Source: Octopus bimaculoides (lineage: Eukaryota). From it: DNA of 63,080 nucleotides. The DNA lies in NCBI RefSeq assembly GCF_001194135.2, contig NC_068992.1, positions 31,263,261 through 31,326,340 of the forward strand. Direction: 5' to 3'. The notes beneath the pieces are model-generated. The model saw only the letters and a program-made list of their open reading frames with translations, ran no database searches and had not been told where the DNA came from. Made by a program: the position numbers and the translations under genes. Positions 13,283 to 24,249 of the stretch are shown here, in pieces. Position 1 is the stretch's first letter. Each line of letters begins with the position of its first letter.

Positions 13283-14470
13283 GCTGTTGTCGTTGATGTT
13301 ACTTGTCATGTAGTTCCACCCAAAGCCGATTAAGACCCCTACACCAAATGGACCTGAAGCAGACACCTCTATCCTTGTCCTCTCCAGATTGCAGGCGTAT
13401 GTTCAGAGAAGTGGTTTGTCTTGCCACAAATGCAGGATCTCGGCTTTCTGCCCGCGACTGCTACGGATAGCTGTAATAGCTCCGATAACTGCATTATTGG
13501 CACGTATCAATAATTGCATTCCTGTGCACGACCAGTTTCTTTTTTTCCATTTAGTGTACCCGGAGAAGTTTTGTTTTATTTTGCCACCAAATGTGATGTC
13601 CACTTCTCATGGTACCTCAGTTACTTTTATTCTAACGGCACTCTGACCAGCTATATCAGAATTAACCATAATTCCTAATATTTGAGGAGTGATGTCCCAC
13701 TTTATTTGGCTGATTCGGCAGTTCGGAATTTCAACTCTACTCTGCCAAATCTTCTCTCTAGTGTGACATCCATTTGTATATTCCATATCGGTTTTGTCAT
13801 TTCTACATCTGGGCCTGTTGTCACTCGCACTAGTCGCATGTCTTTTGACAGAATACACTTGTAGATAATAATTTGTTTTCTAGTATGTTTCTCTATTACA
13901 TTGACCTGTTTAAAAATATTATTCCGCCTTTTTTGGTAAGTGCGCTTTGGCGTAACTTAATGCTTTTCTCTGACACGTCACCTTTCGCCAATCGACGAAA
14001 GGTATCTGCAAAATATTTCCCATTTTATTTAGAAATATTAACAGTTGCTGCTTCCGTGCTATTAATGCTCATTTTCGTGGTGGCGATAGTAGTGGATGTA
14101 ATGGATTTTCTGGTACTACTGGTGCTGCTTTTGATGGAGAGGGCGGTATTCCTGTTGTTGCTGACTTTTTTTTTCCCATTGTTCGCTTTTGTGGTTCCTA
14201 TGATGGTGAAGGCGGGTTTGATTTCTTTAGGAACGGGAGGGTGGCTTCACACATTCTCTGTGCTTTGTTGTTGCAATTATGTTGATGTTGCTACTGATCC
14301 TGACTCTGCTCCCACTGGATGTTTCAATTTGCCTGTTCTTTTCAGCGGATGAACCATATTATTCCGCCTGATTTTAAATAAATACTGAGGAGCTTCTTTG
14401 GTCAACTCATTCCAATCTAGTGTCCATGGTCTACAGATGTATAGAACTGAACAGTTCATTTATGTCGTTG
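13283..14470 (-). mobile_element. L1/Tx1-like ORF1 (gag-like, zinc knuckle) remnant
   Basis: Minus-strand KYFADTFRRLAKGDVSEKSIKL...AGQSAVRIKVTEVP*EVDIT...VAVAGRKPRSCICGKTNHF. Pattern parallels the ORF1 at 36230-36980, which is followed by an APE domain. Confidence 0.55.
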
Positions 14471-14599
14471 GAAATTTATCTATAGAAGGAGCACAAATGT
14501 TCAATAACAAGACAAAAAATAAACTTACGGGAGCGATGAGCAATACGTATTGGACGACGAAGACAACAACAACAACAGCAACAATAATATTAATAATAA

Positions 14600-15060
14600 G
14601 AATGACAGGGTATCACCGATTATCATAAAATATATGAGACACTCCATATTATAAAATCAAAACTGCTGACAAATGGTACAAGCACCAATCTGAGGATGTA
14701 ACTGGGGAGAAGATGTAACTATGCTTTGGAACTTTCTTGTGTGTACAGACCGGACCATCAAAATAAATCAACCAGATAATGTGAAAACCCAAGAAATAAA
14801 ATGTGTTTATTGATTGAAATGAACTTACCTTGTGACCATAATATCTCGGCAAAACAATTTGATAAGCTCAGAAAAGATAATGATCTGATAATTGAAATAG
14901 AAAACATATGGCATATCATGACAGTTACAATATCAGCGACTGTAGGAGCTCTTGGAATGTTCAAAAAGGAAAGAAAAGACAAAATGAGTCAAATTTTCAC
15001 CAGAAAGTTTTAAGATTCACTGAAGATGCTCTTTTGTATGTCGACACAGAGGAAATTATA
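14600..15060 (+). mobile_element. R4/Dong-type LINE, RLE-domain fragment
   Basis: DKWYKHQSE...DRTIKINQP...CLLIEMNLPCDHNISAKQFDKLRK...ISATVGALGMF, typical of the PD..D RLE region. Confidence 0.75.
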
Positions 15061-15400
15061 ATGGTTTCAGAATAAAACGTAGAAGAATGTTTACTTTTTC
15101 GAGTACTCAGTGAGAGAGAAAAGGATGAGTATCCATAGCTGTTGTGAATATTATAATTTGTGTGTCTGAAAGCTGCAGATACGTGAATTTGTAACATTGT
15201 AAATTTGTTAACTTATTTTGAAGGGAATATTAAACACTCACAGGATATTGTAGATATTCTAGTCTTTGAGACTTATTTTTCCCCGTTGTCCTACTGGGTC
15301 ATATTAGTATTTCTATGGCTTTCGGCTACTGAATAGTCAGAGCAGCGAGGAACACGTTCAGTAAGCTGTCAAGGCTAGTGCTCCTCTCTTTGTCAGAGCC

Positions 15401-15463
<63 letters not shown>

Positions 15464-15464
15464 T

Positions 15465-15777
15465 TTCATATACGTACATGTAAATTTCGATACCGAGAAA
15501 TCTCCTGAGTATTCTAACCCTCCCTAATACCACTGTTTCCTGGAGCCGTGCTAAACTAAGTTTCATAAATATTTCCTCTATCCATCTGTTCAAATCTGTA
15601 GGTATAATTCATAATGCAGCTCTTACTGCAAAGATACATTTTACCCGCACTTTCCCTATACTCTGTAATAGAAGGACTAGGTCCTGGTATTTTGCTATAT
15701 TCTCTATAGTTCTCATTGATTTTCTCATCATTTGGAACTGCAAAATCAATTTCCTGACACTTTCTATTTTCTTCATT

Positions 15778-15853
<76 letters not shown>

Positions 15854-18050
15854 ACTACTAAATCAAGCCTTCTAAATAGTGTCACACTGACAGTCAGAAT
15901 GTTATGGTCCCTTAACATCATTTATTTATTTCTTTACTAGGTTCATATTCAAATCCTAAATTTCTCCTAACTCTGCGTGGATTGTCGTGTCTTTTGTTTC
16001 TATTTTTTTCTGTCCCAGTATGCTACATTCACTTAAAATTTGAGACATACTTTTGTCCTTTGATTTACATACCCTACATTGGGAATCTACCTGGATTTTT
16101 CCATCTTGGATTTTGTCGAATTTCTCCTGAGTGCTTAATCCTGTGCTACTACTAACAAACTTTATATCTCCCTTTCAATCCTTCTTTTCTGAAAATATAA
16201 TCTACTCTTGCTATTACTGTCAATCTAGCAGCTCGTAATATACTTTCTTCATTATTTCCTACATAGGAGGCTATATCAAACTCTAGCTAATTCCACACAA
16301 TTTTCTACTGATATTAACAATCTTCCAACTTCCTTACTATCCAAGTTTAATCTGCTCTTGGGTGAATTCCTCCATTGATATTGAATTCCGTCCTAGTTCT
16401 TCATTGCTAATTCAGATTTTGTCGAGCCTACAGAAGCTGCTGGGTATTTAGGTAGCGACATTGCACAAGTATTTACTAGATTCCGAGAATTTAGCCTTGA
16501 TTTCTTGAGCTTCCTCACCTTCCTGATGTAGTCCTTCTTAACTTCCACTTTCATTTCTATAGTTAGTAATCTGTAAGATTTTAATACACCCAAATACTGA
16601 TGACTCTCTCCTTCTATCAGTGATTTTAGTGTGCATTCACTCTTTGCTACCTGTCCCTTTTTCATGACTGATATTGCACATTTTTCTATGCCAAACTCCA
16701 TGACTATAACACTGCTGAAGAGACTTAGAGTTTGTATTATGAATCTGTTTCTTGTTCATTCTTACTAAAACGCATCAGGACATCCATATAGAGTAAATGG
16801 TTAATTTTTTCCTTTACTACTCCTGAAGTGATACCCTGCTTTTAACTTCGTTAACACTAAACCGAGCGGGATTAAAGGTAAGACAAATAAGGAGACAACG
16901 AGTCTTCTTGGAAAATTCCCTAATGTTGTGTCCCTTGAATAGAGATCTACTTTTCATTTGTTCATACTAAATATAATTATTTCTCCATGTTGTCTACAAT
17001 ACTGGATATTCTCAAACATTCACTTATACATGAGTGCAGAATTATGTCATAGGCTTTCTTATAATCTATCAATGCTATTGAAATTGTTTTCCTTTCTAGA
17101 TTTTACATCATTTAGAAATGTTTTGTCTCTGTATTACATACCATGCATTCCACTAGCCTTCAGCCTGGAACCTGTCTATCTCTCTGGCAGTAATTTCTGG
17201 CTGTTAAGGTGCTTGTAAATACTTTAGAAAAGCATTTCAATTAACAGCTTCCAAACTAATAAGCAAGTGATTGGCTTCTATTTTCTAGCTGTATTACGTT
17301 TGCATTTGTTTTTCATAAGGAGTAATCTTCTCTTTCTATTCATCCAACATTGTATTACTCCACAACTCAGGCAATCCTGAAATTGTCTCCACTATTTCCC
17401 ATGTAAGGTACTAAATTTCTTTAATCAGTATTCTTGGATTAAATCTGGTCCTGGGCAAATCCAATTCGGCATATTTCTTAATACTTTAATCATTAATGCA
17501 CCATCTTCTTCTCACTGACTATTTCTTTCCTCACTTTCTTTAACCACGCTGCATCTCCATGATGACTGACTGTCTTATCCCAGATATTACTTCGGAAATT
17601 TCTAGCTTCTGTATTAGGCTTCTCATTTTCATTTATTCTTTCACCACTATTTACTTGGCTATAACATTTCCTCTGGGCTGTCTCAAATAATCTATTGTCT
17701 TGATACTGATGTATACTTCTCTGATATCTGGTAAGATTAGCTCTTACTGCTATGATACACTGTTTCATCTCTTCTATGAGTTTCCTAAATTATTTCTCTT
17801 TGAATAAGTATCTTTTCTCAAAAGAGATTTAAATCTTTAATCTCAAAACTTGTTCAATTTCCAGGCTTCTATTCTACTCAGATCTTGTCTTCAAGTCTTC
17901 ACTTTATTTTTCTAGTCTCCTCTTCCACATGTGAACTTTCCAATCTTTCCTAGTGAAACACCTAATCTTCTAGTAACTACTTCCCCTCCTCTCTAGCTAT
18001 ATAAATGGTGCCACATGTATTTTCATTATCTATCCTACTGATAACAATCT
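15465..18050 (-). mobile_element. R4/Dong-type LINE, near-complete ORF, decayed
   Basis: In order on the minus strand: VVTRRLGV..WKRRLEK; EEMKQCIIAVRANLTRYQ..YQDNRLF; MPNWICPGPDLIQ; MEFGIEKCA..QYLGV; CRVCKSKD..ILSEC; RRLDLVV..CQEIDFAVP; LQETVVLGRVRILRRFL. (TTA)n tail at 15400-15462. Confidence 0.85.
15778..15859. repeat. (TAC)n(TGC)n trinucleotide expansion inside the LINE RLE motif
   Basis: In-frame poly-Ala/poly-Val between RRLDLVV and NEENRKCQEID. Confidence 0.9.
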
Positions 18051-19098
18051 ACTTTCTGAACCATTGCCGAGCGAGAGGCCTTTCGTAAAAGGTCCAGTCT
18101 TATTTTCGCTGTTAACACCAGAGTTTGTTGACAAAGTTTCATCAGACATAAACTGAGGCAAGGCAATATTCTTCACCGTCGTCATTACCACTACTATTAT
18201 TTGATATCTGGTAGTTTCAAGTAACTTACTATTGCATCACTTGCTGCATTATTGTGCTGGTGAAATGTGTGTAGCAATTGTTGGTGATGGGGATGGATAT
18301 TGTATTACATGAGAATGTTTTGTCATGGGGTTTGTTTTGAATCATATTTTGTGCTAGTGTTTGTATTGTGTGTTGTTTGTGCACTGCAAGTTATGTTTTT
18401 TGGGTGTGTGGATTTTATGGTACATCCGTGGTTTGTACATTTTCTTGGTTATTTGCTGTATGAGTTTATTCCTGAATGTTTTGTGGGAGTGTTGCAATGT
18501 AGTGTGCGTATAATCACATCATTGTAGTCATGGATATCTGCCCATCGCTCTTTTGGGGTTTGTTTTCTTTTTGGGGGGCGGTGATCAGTAACATTAAGAG
18601 ATGGGTCCATCGTTATAGCGTTTAAGTTTTGAAACAACACAGCCTCTGGACCTGTTTTGAAATTTCTTTCGTGTACTATTACGTTCTGTTCTATTCTCTG
18701 ATTTCTTTTTATAGCGTGCTTTTACTGATCATTTACCATATTTGTTGTTTTTTTTTTGTATCAGTTGAATGGCACTTGCCTTTGCTAACAGATATTTAAA
18801 TACCGTGAGTTCAGCATTTGTTATCTACGCTTCAGTGTATGAGTTGCAAAACGTTTATAATTATTATTGGTGTATAAGCGAGAAACCGAGAAACAGTAAT
18901 GAGAATACGTATAGATACAATGTAGATATATAGATGCATATGTGATAAAAATTGTACCCACAGTTTCGCAATTTTGGTACATATGATTTGTTGTTCACGT
19001 GTTTACATATTCACGCACGTTCTGCTCTCGCATTCCATACAGTCTTGCCATTACCACTTTCAATTCCGAGTACTTGGTGATATTTCAAGCTCTTTACT

Positions 19099-19380
19099 CT
19101 CTATATTTAAGAGATAAGGAATTATGTACATTATTTACATTATTTACATTGGACGGACATTTGTCCTCATCTTGTTTGTTGTTAACACAACGTTTGGGTT
19201 GATATGCACTCCGGCCTTCATGAGGTGTCTTAGGGAAATTTCGAACATAGGTTCTCATTCCTAAGGTATTTTTCGATGTTATTATTATTCAGTTCTATAT
19301 TTAAGAGATGAGAAATCATTTACATTATTTACATTATTTACATTTGACGGATATTTGTCCTCATCTTGATTGTTGTTAAC
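19099..19380 (-). repeat. Inverted Penelope pLTR: ~1.45 head-to-tail copies of a ~190-nt HHR-bearing unit
   Basis: Minus strand reads gttaacaac...cttaaatatagaa|ctgaataataataacatcg...gacacCTCATGAaggccgg..caacccAAACGTTgtgttaac...cttaaatatag; homologous to 21995-22151 (+). Confidence 0.85.
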
Positions 19381-19453
19381 GGGCATATGGCTTAGTGGTT
19401 AAAAGTGCGGGCTACTAACCCCAAGATTCCGAGTTCGATTCACGGCAGCGACC
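19381..19453 (+). promoter_or_regulatory. tRNA-derived head with Pol III type-2 internal promoter (5' pLTR of the PLE)
   Basis: A box TGGCTTAGTGG 19388-19398; B-box-like GAGTTCGATTC 19431-19441; anticodon-like loop CTACTAA. Homologous to 21931-21995. Confidence 0.75.
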
Positions 19454-19455
19454 TG

Positions 19456-19493
<38 letters not shown>

Positions 19494-19883
19494 NNNNNNN
19501 NNNNNNNNNNNNNNNNNNNNNNNNNNNNNNNNNNNNNNNNNNNNNNNNNNNNNNNNNNNNNNNNNNNNNNNNNNNNNNNNNNNNNNNNNNNNNNNNNNNN
19601 NNNNNNNNNNNNNNNNNNNNNNNNNNNNNNNNNNNNNNNNNNNNNNNNNNNNNNNNNNNNNNNNNNNNNNNNNNNNNNNNNNNNNNNNNNNNNNNNNNNN
19701 NNNNNNNNNNNNNNNNNNNNNNNNNNNNNNNNNNNNNNNNNNNNNNNNNNNNNNNNNNNNNNNNNNNNNNNNNNNNNNNNNNNNNNNNNNNNNNNNNNNN
19801 NNNNNNNNNNNNNNNNNNNNNNNNNNNNNNNNNNNNNNNNNNNNNNNNNNNNNNNNNNNNNNNNNNNNNNNNNNNNNNNNNNN

Positions 19884-21901
19884 GAGAAACTCCATCAAAA
19901 ATTAGCTCGTCTTTCAAACCATCTAACTTTCCTGTGTAGATGTAGAGACTCAAAGCTAATACCACCTGGCTTGAATATAATGACACCAGTGGATTCATAT
20001 AAAGCTAGAAGAGTAGCGGAAAGGGCAGGACATTCCCTCGTCCGTGAGAGGATCCATTACAACCGTTTGAAAAAAACATCAACTAAATAACGAAATCAAA
20101 GAGAGGCTATCTTCATTACTTAGAAAAATAACTAGAGATGACGACAGAAAGAGAATCCAACAAGATCTAGGAAAATCGTACATGAAAGAATTTGAAAGGG
20201 TGAAGACACGCCAGATTAAGAAATTTATGAAACTCAAAGGTCAGAGAATGAAGACTGAAATCCATCACCCACCTGTGAAAGCAGTGATTAATGTAAGTAG
20301 CTGACGTCTGGAAGACTCCGAAGAAGCCGTACTAAACAAAGGTCTCAATTGTGCGACAACCATCAAGCGCATTCCATACTAGGACATAATAGCCCCTATT
20401 GAAGAGATAGCCGTAAAGATACCGAAAGCTCAGGGAGATGAAGTAAGGTGGAAGGTGAGACAGGTACTGGAAAAAGCGAAACTTCCCAAACCAAACATCA
20501 CTAAGGAAGACAATTTCGCTATCAAAAGGTACAAACAGACAATTCTATCATAATGCTCCCAGCGGACAAGGGAAATGCTACAGTGGTGATGAAGAAGTCT
20601 AACTACTCCGAAAAATTGGCAAGTCTTATAAGTGATGGTAGCTACAGTACAGTAAAGAAAGACCCAACTCTGAAAACAGAGGAAGTTGTCACAGATCTTG
20701 ATCAAGAACAAGGATCACTTCACATTAATGAAGTTCAGACAGCTGACTCAACTACCACACATGTACGGTCTCCCTAAGATTCACACGGAAGGTATTCCAC
20801 TAAGACCTATAGTGAGCTGTAGAGGTTCAGCATGTCATCCACTGAGTCGCTTCTTGGTGGATGTAATCAGTCCATTAGCAGGAAAGTCAACATCATAGGT
20901 GAATAATTTCACCCACTTCACAGAATTNNNNNNNNNNNNNNNNNNNNNNNNNNNNNNNNNNNNNNNNNNNNNNNNNNNNNNNNNNNNNNNNNNNNNNNNN
21001 NNNNNNNNNNNNNNNNNNNNNNNNNNNNNNNNNNNNNNNNNNNNNNNNNNNNNNNNNNNNNNNNNNNNNNNNNNNNNNNNNNNNNNNNNNNNNNNNNNNN
21101 NNNNNNNNNNNNNNNNNNNNNNNNNNNNNNNNNNNNNNNNNNNNNNNNNNNNNNNNNNNNNNNNNNNNNNNNNNNNNNNNNNNNNNNNNATTCACTGGAC
21201 GATACTTTAACTTCAATTCCCACCATCCATACAGTGTAAAGAGAGGAATTGCTCAGTGCCTAAAACATCGAGCAAAGAATATAAGTAGCGACCGTGATAC
21301 CCACCACGAAGAAATGATCAAGCTCAGTAACAATCTATTAAGAAACAACTACCCCAAGAACATACTATCTACTCCAATTATGAAGAAAAGAGAGGATGAA
21401 ACCAATAAACTGTCTACAGTCTGTCTACCCTATGTGAAAGGCCTCTCCGAAAAGATACAAAAGATATGAGGCCCACATGACATCTGGGCAGTATTCAAGA
21501 GCAATACAACACTTCGCAAATATCTCATTCGGGTAAAACCACCAACAGAAGAGAATATGACCAAAATCTGCGTTTACTCCAGCCCATGCAGCTGTGGTAG
21601 GTTATACAAAGGCGAAACATGTCGCCCCCACAAAATAAGGGTAGAAGAACATCGCAAAGCTGTGACACGAGGAGATATTGATAAATCGGGTATAGCTGAT
21701 CATGTATGGCAAAATGGAGACCACATCCCCCTGTGGGATGAAGTTAAAATAATAGACAGGGAACAACAATGGAAAATACGAAAACTAAAAGAAGCAGCGC
21801 ATATGCTAGGACACAACAACCTCCTAAGCAGACCGAGTGCAGATATGAATAGCATATGGGAACCTGTATTGAGGAAGGACAGAAAAATAATAGATTTATA
21901 A
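19884..21901 (+). mobile_element. Penelope-like element ORF (RT + GIY-YIG), decayed, gap inside
   Basis: VLNKGLN..; PADKGNATVVM; MYGLPKIH..GIPLRPIVS; NFNSHHP; LPYVKGLSEKI; CVYSSPCSCGRLYKGET..EHRKAV..SGIADHVW..RKLKEAAHM. No extra Zn-finger between the GIY and YIG equivalents (Penelope/Poseidon-like). Confidence 0.95.
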
Positions 21902-21930
21902 GTCCTAAAATTCACTCTATAATTACCCAC

Positions 21931-22151
21931 GGGCATATGGCGTAGTGGTTAAGAGCGCGGGCTACTAACCCCGAGATCGATTCACGGCAGCGACCTGAAT
22001 AATAATAGAATAATAGTAACATCGTTAGGAATGAGAACCCAGGTTCGAAATTTCCCCAAGACACCTGACGAAAGCTGGAGTGTATATCAGCCGAAACGTT
22101 GTGTTAACAATAAACAAGATGAGAACAAATATCCGTCAAATGTAAATAATG
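21931..22151 (+). repeat. 3' pLTR: tRNA-derived head + (AAT)n + HHR unit
   Basis: gggcatatggcgtagtggttaagagcgcgggctactaacccc...ctgaataataat...gacacctgacgaaagctgg...cagccgaaacgttgtgtt. Confidence 0.9.
22058..22105 (+). ncRNA. Minimal type-I hammerhead ribozyme (probably damaged copy)
   Basis: Stem I GACAC/GTGTT; core CTGACGA 22065-22071; extra A; stem II (A)GCTG/CAGC(C); GAAA 22093-22096; palindromic ACGT stem III; predicted cleavage after GTT (22100). G10.1 appears mutated to A. Confidence 0.75.
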
Positions 22152-23200
22152 TTATTATTATTATTCAGGTCACTGCTTGGAATCGAACTCACGCTTTTAG
22201 CCGTTACACCATATGCCCATGGGCAATTATGGTGTGAATTTTAGGGCTTATAAATCTAATATTTTTCTATTCTTCCATAATATCGGTTCCCACACACTGC
22301 ACATATCTGCATTCGGTATGCTTAGGAGGTCGTTGTGTCTTAGCATATGTGCTGCTTCTTTTAGTTTTCGAATCTTCCAGGGGTGTTCCCTATCAATTAT
22401 TTTAACTTCATCCCACAGCGGGAGGTGGTTTCCATTTTTCCATACATGATCAGCTATACCCAATTTATCAATATCTCCTCGTATCACAGCTTTGCGATGT
22501 TCGCCTACACTTATTTTAAGGGGACGGCATGTTTCGCCGTTATATAACCTACCACAGCTGAGATGGAGTACACACAGTCTTTGGTCATATTCTTTTTCTA
22601 TTGGTGGTTCTACTCGAAGGAGATATTTGCGAAGTGTTGTATTACTCTTGTCATATGAGTCGCATATCTTTTGTATCTTTTCTGAGAGGCCTTTCATATA
22701 GGGTAGACATGCTCTCTCTTTTCTTCATAATTGGAGTGGATAGTATACTTTTGGTGTAGATATTGCTTAACAGATCGTTATTGAGCTTGATCCACGATCG
22801 CTCCTTATATTGTTCGCACGATGTTTTAGGCACTGTGCAATTCCTCTCTTTACACTCTATGGATGGTGGGAACTGAAGCTTAGGTATCTTCCAGTAAAGG
22901 TGCGCTTGCGGTGTACGGATGTACTGAATCCATAATTGGTTCGCATAATTAATCCGTCCAAGAATTTCAGCTGATTGCCTTCTTCCTTTTCCATTGTGAA
23001 CTGTATATATAGCGTTATTGCGTTCACATGATCTAAGAGCACTTGAACATCTTACTGATGGGTCCATAATATAAAGGTGTCATCAACATATCGTAACCAT
23101 AGTGTTGGTGTTGATCCTACAGCTAGATTCTCAAAGCATTCCATGTATATGTTGGCTATTACCGGTGATAATGGTGAACACAAAGCTAAACCCTTCTCTT
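22152..23200 (-). mobile_element. Inverted, 5'-truncated copy of the same Penelope element
   Basis: YRQEKGLALCSPLSPVIANIYME..WLRYVDDTFILW..LKFLD..SSHHP..CGRLYNGETCR..RKLKEAAHML, then the same 3' UTR and a deleted tRNA head. Tail-to-tail with the + copy. Confidence 0.95.
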
Positions 23201-23213
23201 GTCGATATATTTA

Positions 23214-23280
23214 GACACGAGGAGATATTGATAAATTGGGTATAGTGGATCATGCATGGAAAAATGGAGACCGCCTCCTT
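23214..23280 (+). mobile_element. Short re-inverted Penelope GIY-YIG fragment
   Basis: gacacgaggagatattgataaattgggtatag...aaaaatggagacc matches 21664-21725 (+) and ~22420-22490 (-). Confidence 0.8.
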
Positions 23281-23354
23281 GACTTACATTTCTCTGTGTA
23301 GAATGTCATCCAGCTCCAAAATTCCTAAATATCTATACCCACTAGCGTCGGGTT

Positions 23355-23355
23355 G

Positions 23356-23417
<62 letters not shown>
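23355..23417. repeat. (TTA)n microsatellite
   Basis: Direct reading. Confidence 0.95.
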
Positions 23418-23469
23418 TCTGCTATCTTTAATATTACATCGTATGACACGCTTCAATTTACTGCTACCC

Positions 23470-23690
23470 ATATATAATCCTTTCTACTATAGGCAGAAGG
23501 CCTGACATTTGCGGGAAGGAAACTAGTCCATTACATTGACCTCAGTGTTTCACTGGCACTAATTTTACCGGCCCCGAAAGCATGAAGGCAAAGTCGACCT
23601 CGGCAGAATTTGTACTCAGAACGTAGCGACGGGCGAAATACTGATAAGTATGTCCTTCAACGTGATACGGATCTGTCAGCTCACCGCCAT
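23470..23690 (-). mobile_element. SINE family A, fairly complete
   Basis: ...gaaagcatgaaggcaaagtcgacctcggcagaatttgtactcagaacgtag...gtcagctcaccgcc. Confidence 0.8.
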
Positions 23691-24249
23691 AATTAATGTA
23701 TAATGAAATGAAGAATATATAGAACGATGTGAACTCGGGCAACTATATAAACAACATCTGTGCAGAAAAACAGATTTCGAAAAATAATTCTCAGTTGTTG
23801 TTTAGCCATGTCACCAACTCCACGCATCAGTAAATATAATTTCATATTTAATGAACTGCAGAATGAGAAAATTATTTAATCAAATATATTTGTGGGAAGT
23901 TATTTGTCGTTCTACGAAAAGTACATCGATTTCATATTTTGACATTTACTAATTTACTATTTCTATTATTATTGTACTCATACCAATTGGCAAAGCAGAC
24001 ACAATTTTGTTCGACAACATTTTTGTTGGTAGAGTATATATTCTATTTAAAATATAATCTAGTCAGCTTGTCATAAGTTTTTGAATAAGTTTTATCTCCA
24101 TTCGTGTTCGTTAATCTTTCAGTAAGCAATAAAATGCATGTATTCCCTTTGCATAAATCACCAGAAAAAAGAAATAACAGAAACAATCCTAGTAGTGATG
24201 GAGGATGTGTATATATTCATATGCGTATACGCACTTATATATACATATA

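Noticed and set aside
13873-14352. 159-aa hydrophobic + strand ORF resembling a membrane protein
   Set aside because: It is the antisense of the T/S/K-rich L1/Tx1-like ORF1 remnant.
18060-18720. Minus-strand T/H/N-rich coding-like stretch as the 5' end of the Dong element
   Set aside because: No Dong motifs and many stops; cannot be assigned.
19381-19453. Functional tRNA gene (anticodon ACT)
   Set aside because: The acceptor stem does not pair, there is no long variable arm as expected for Ser, no terminator follows, and it is embedded in a PLE repeat. Treated as a tRNA-derived head.
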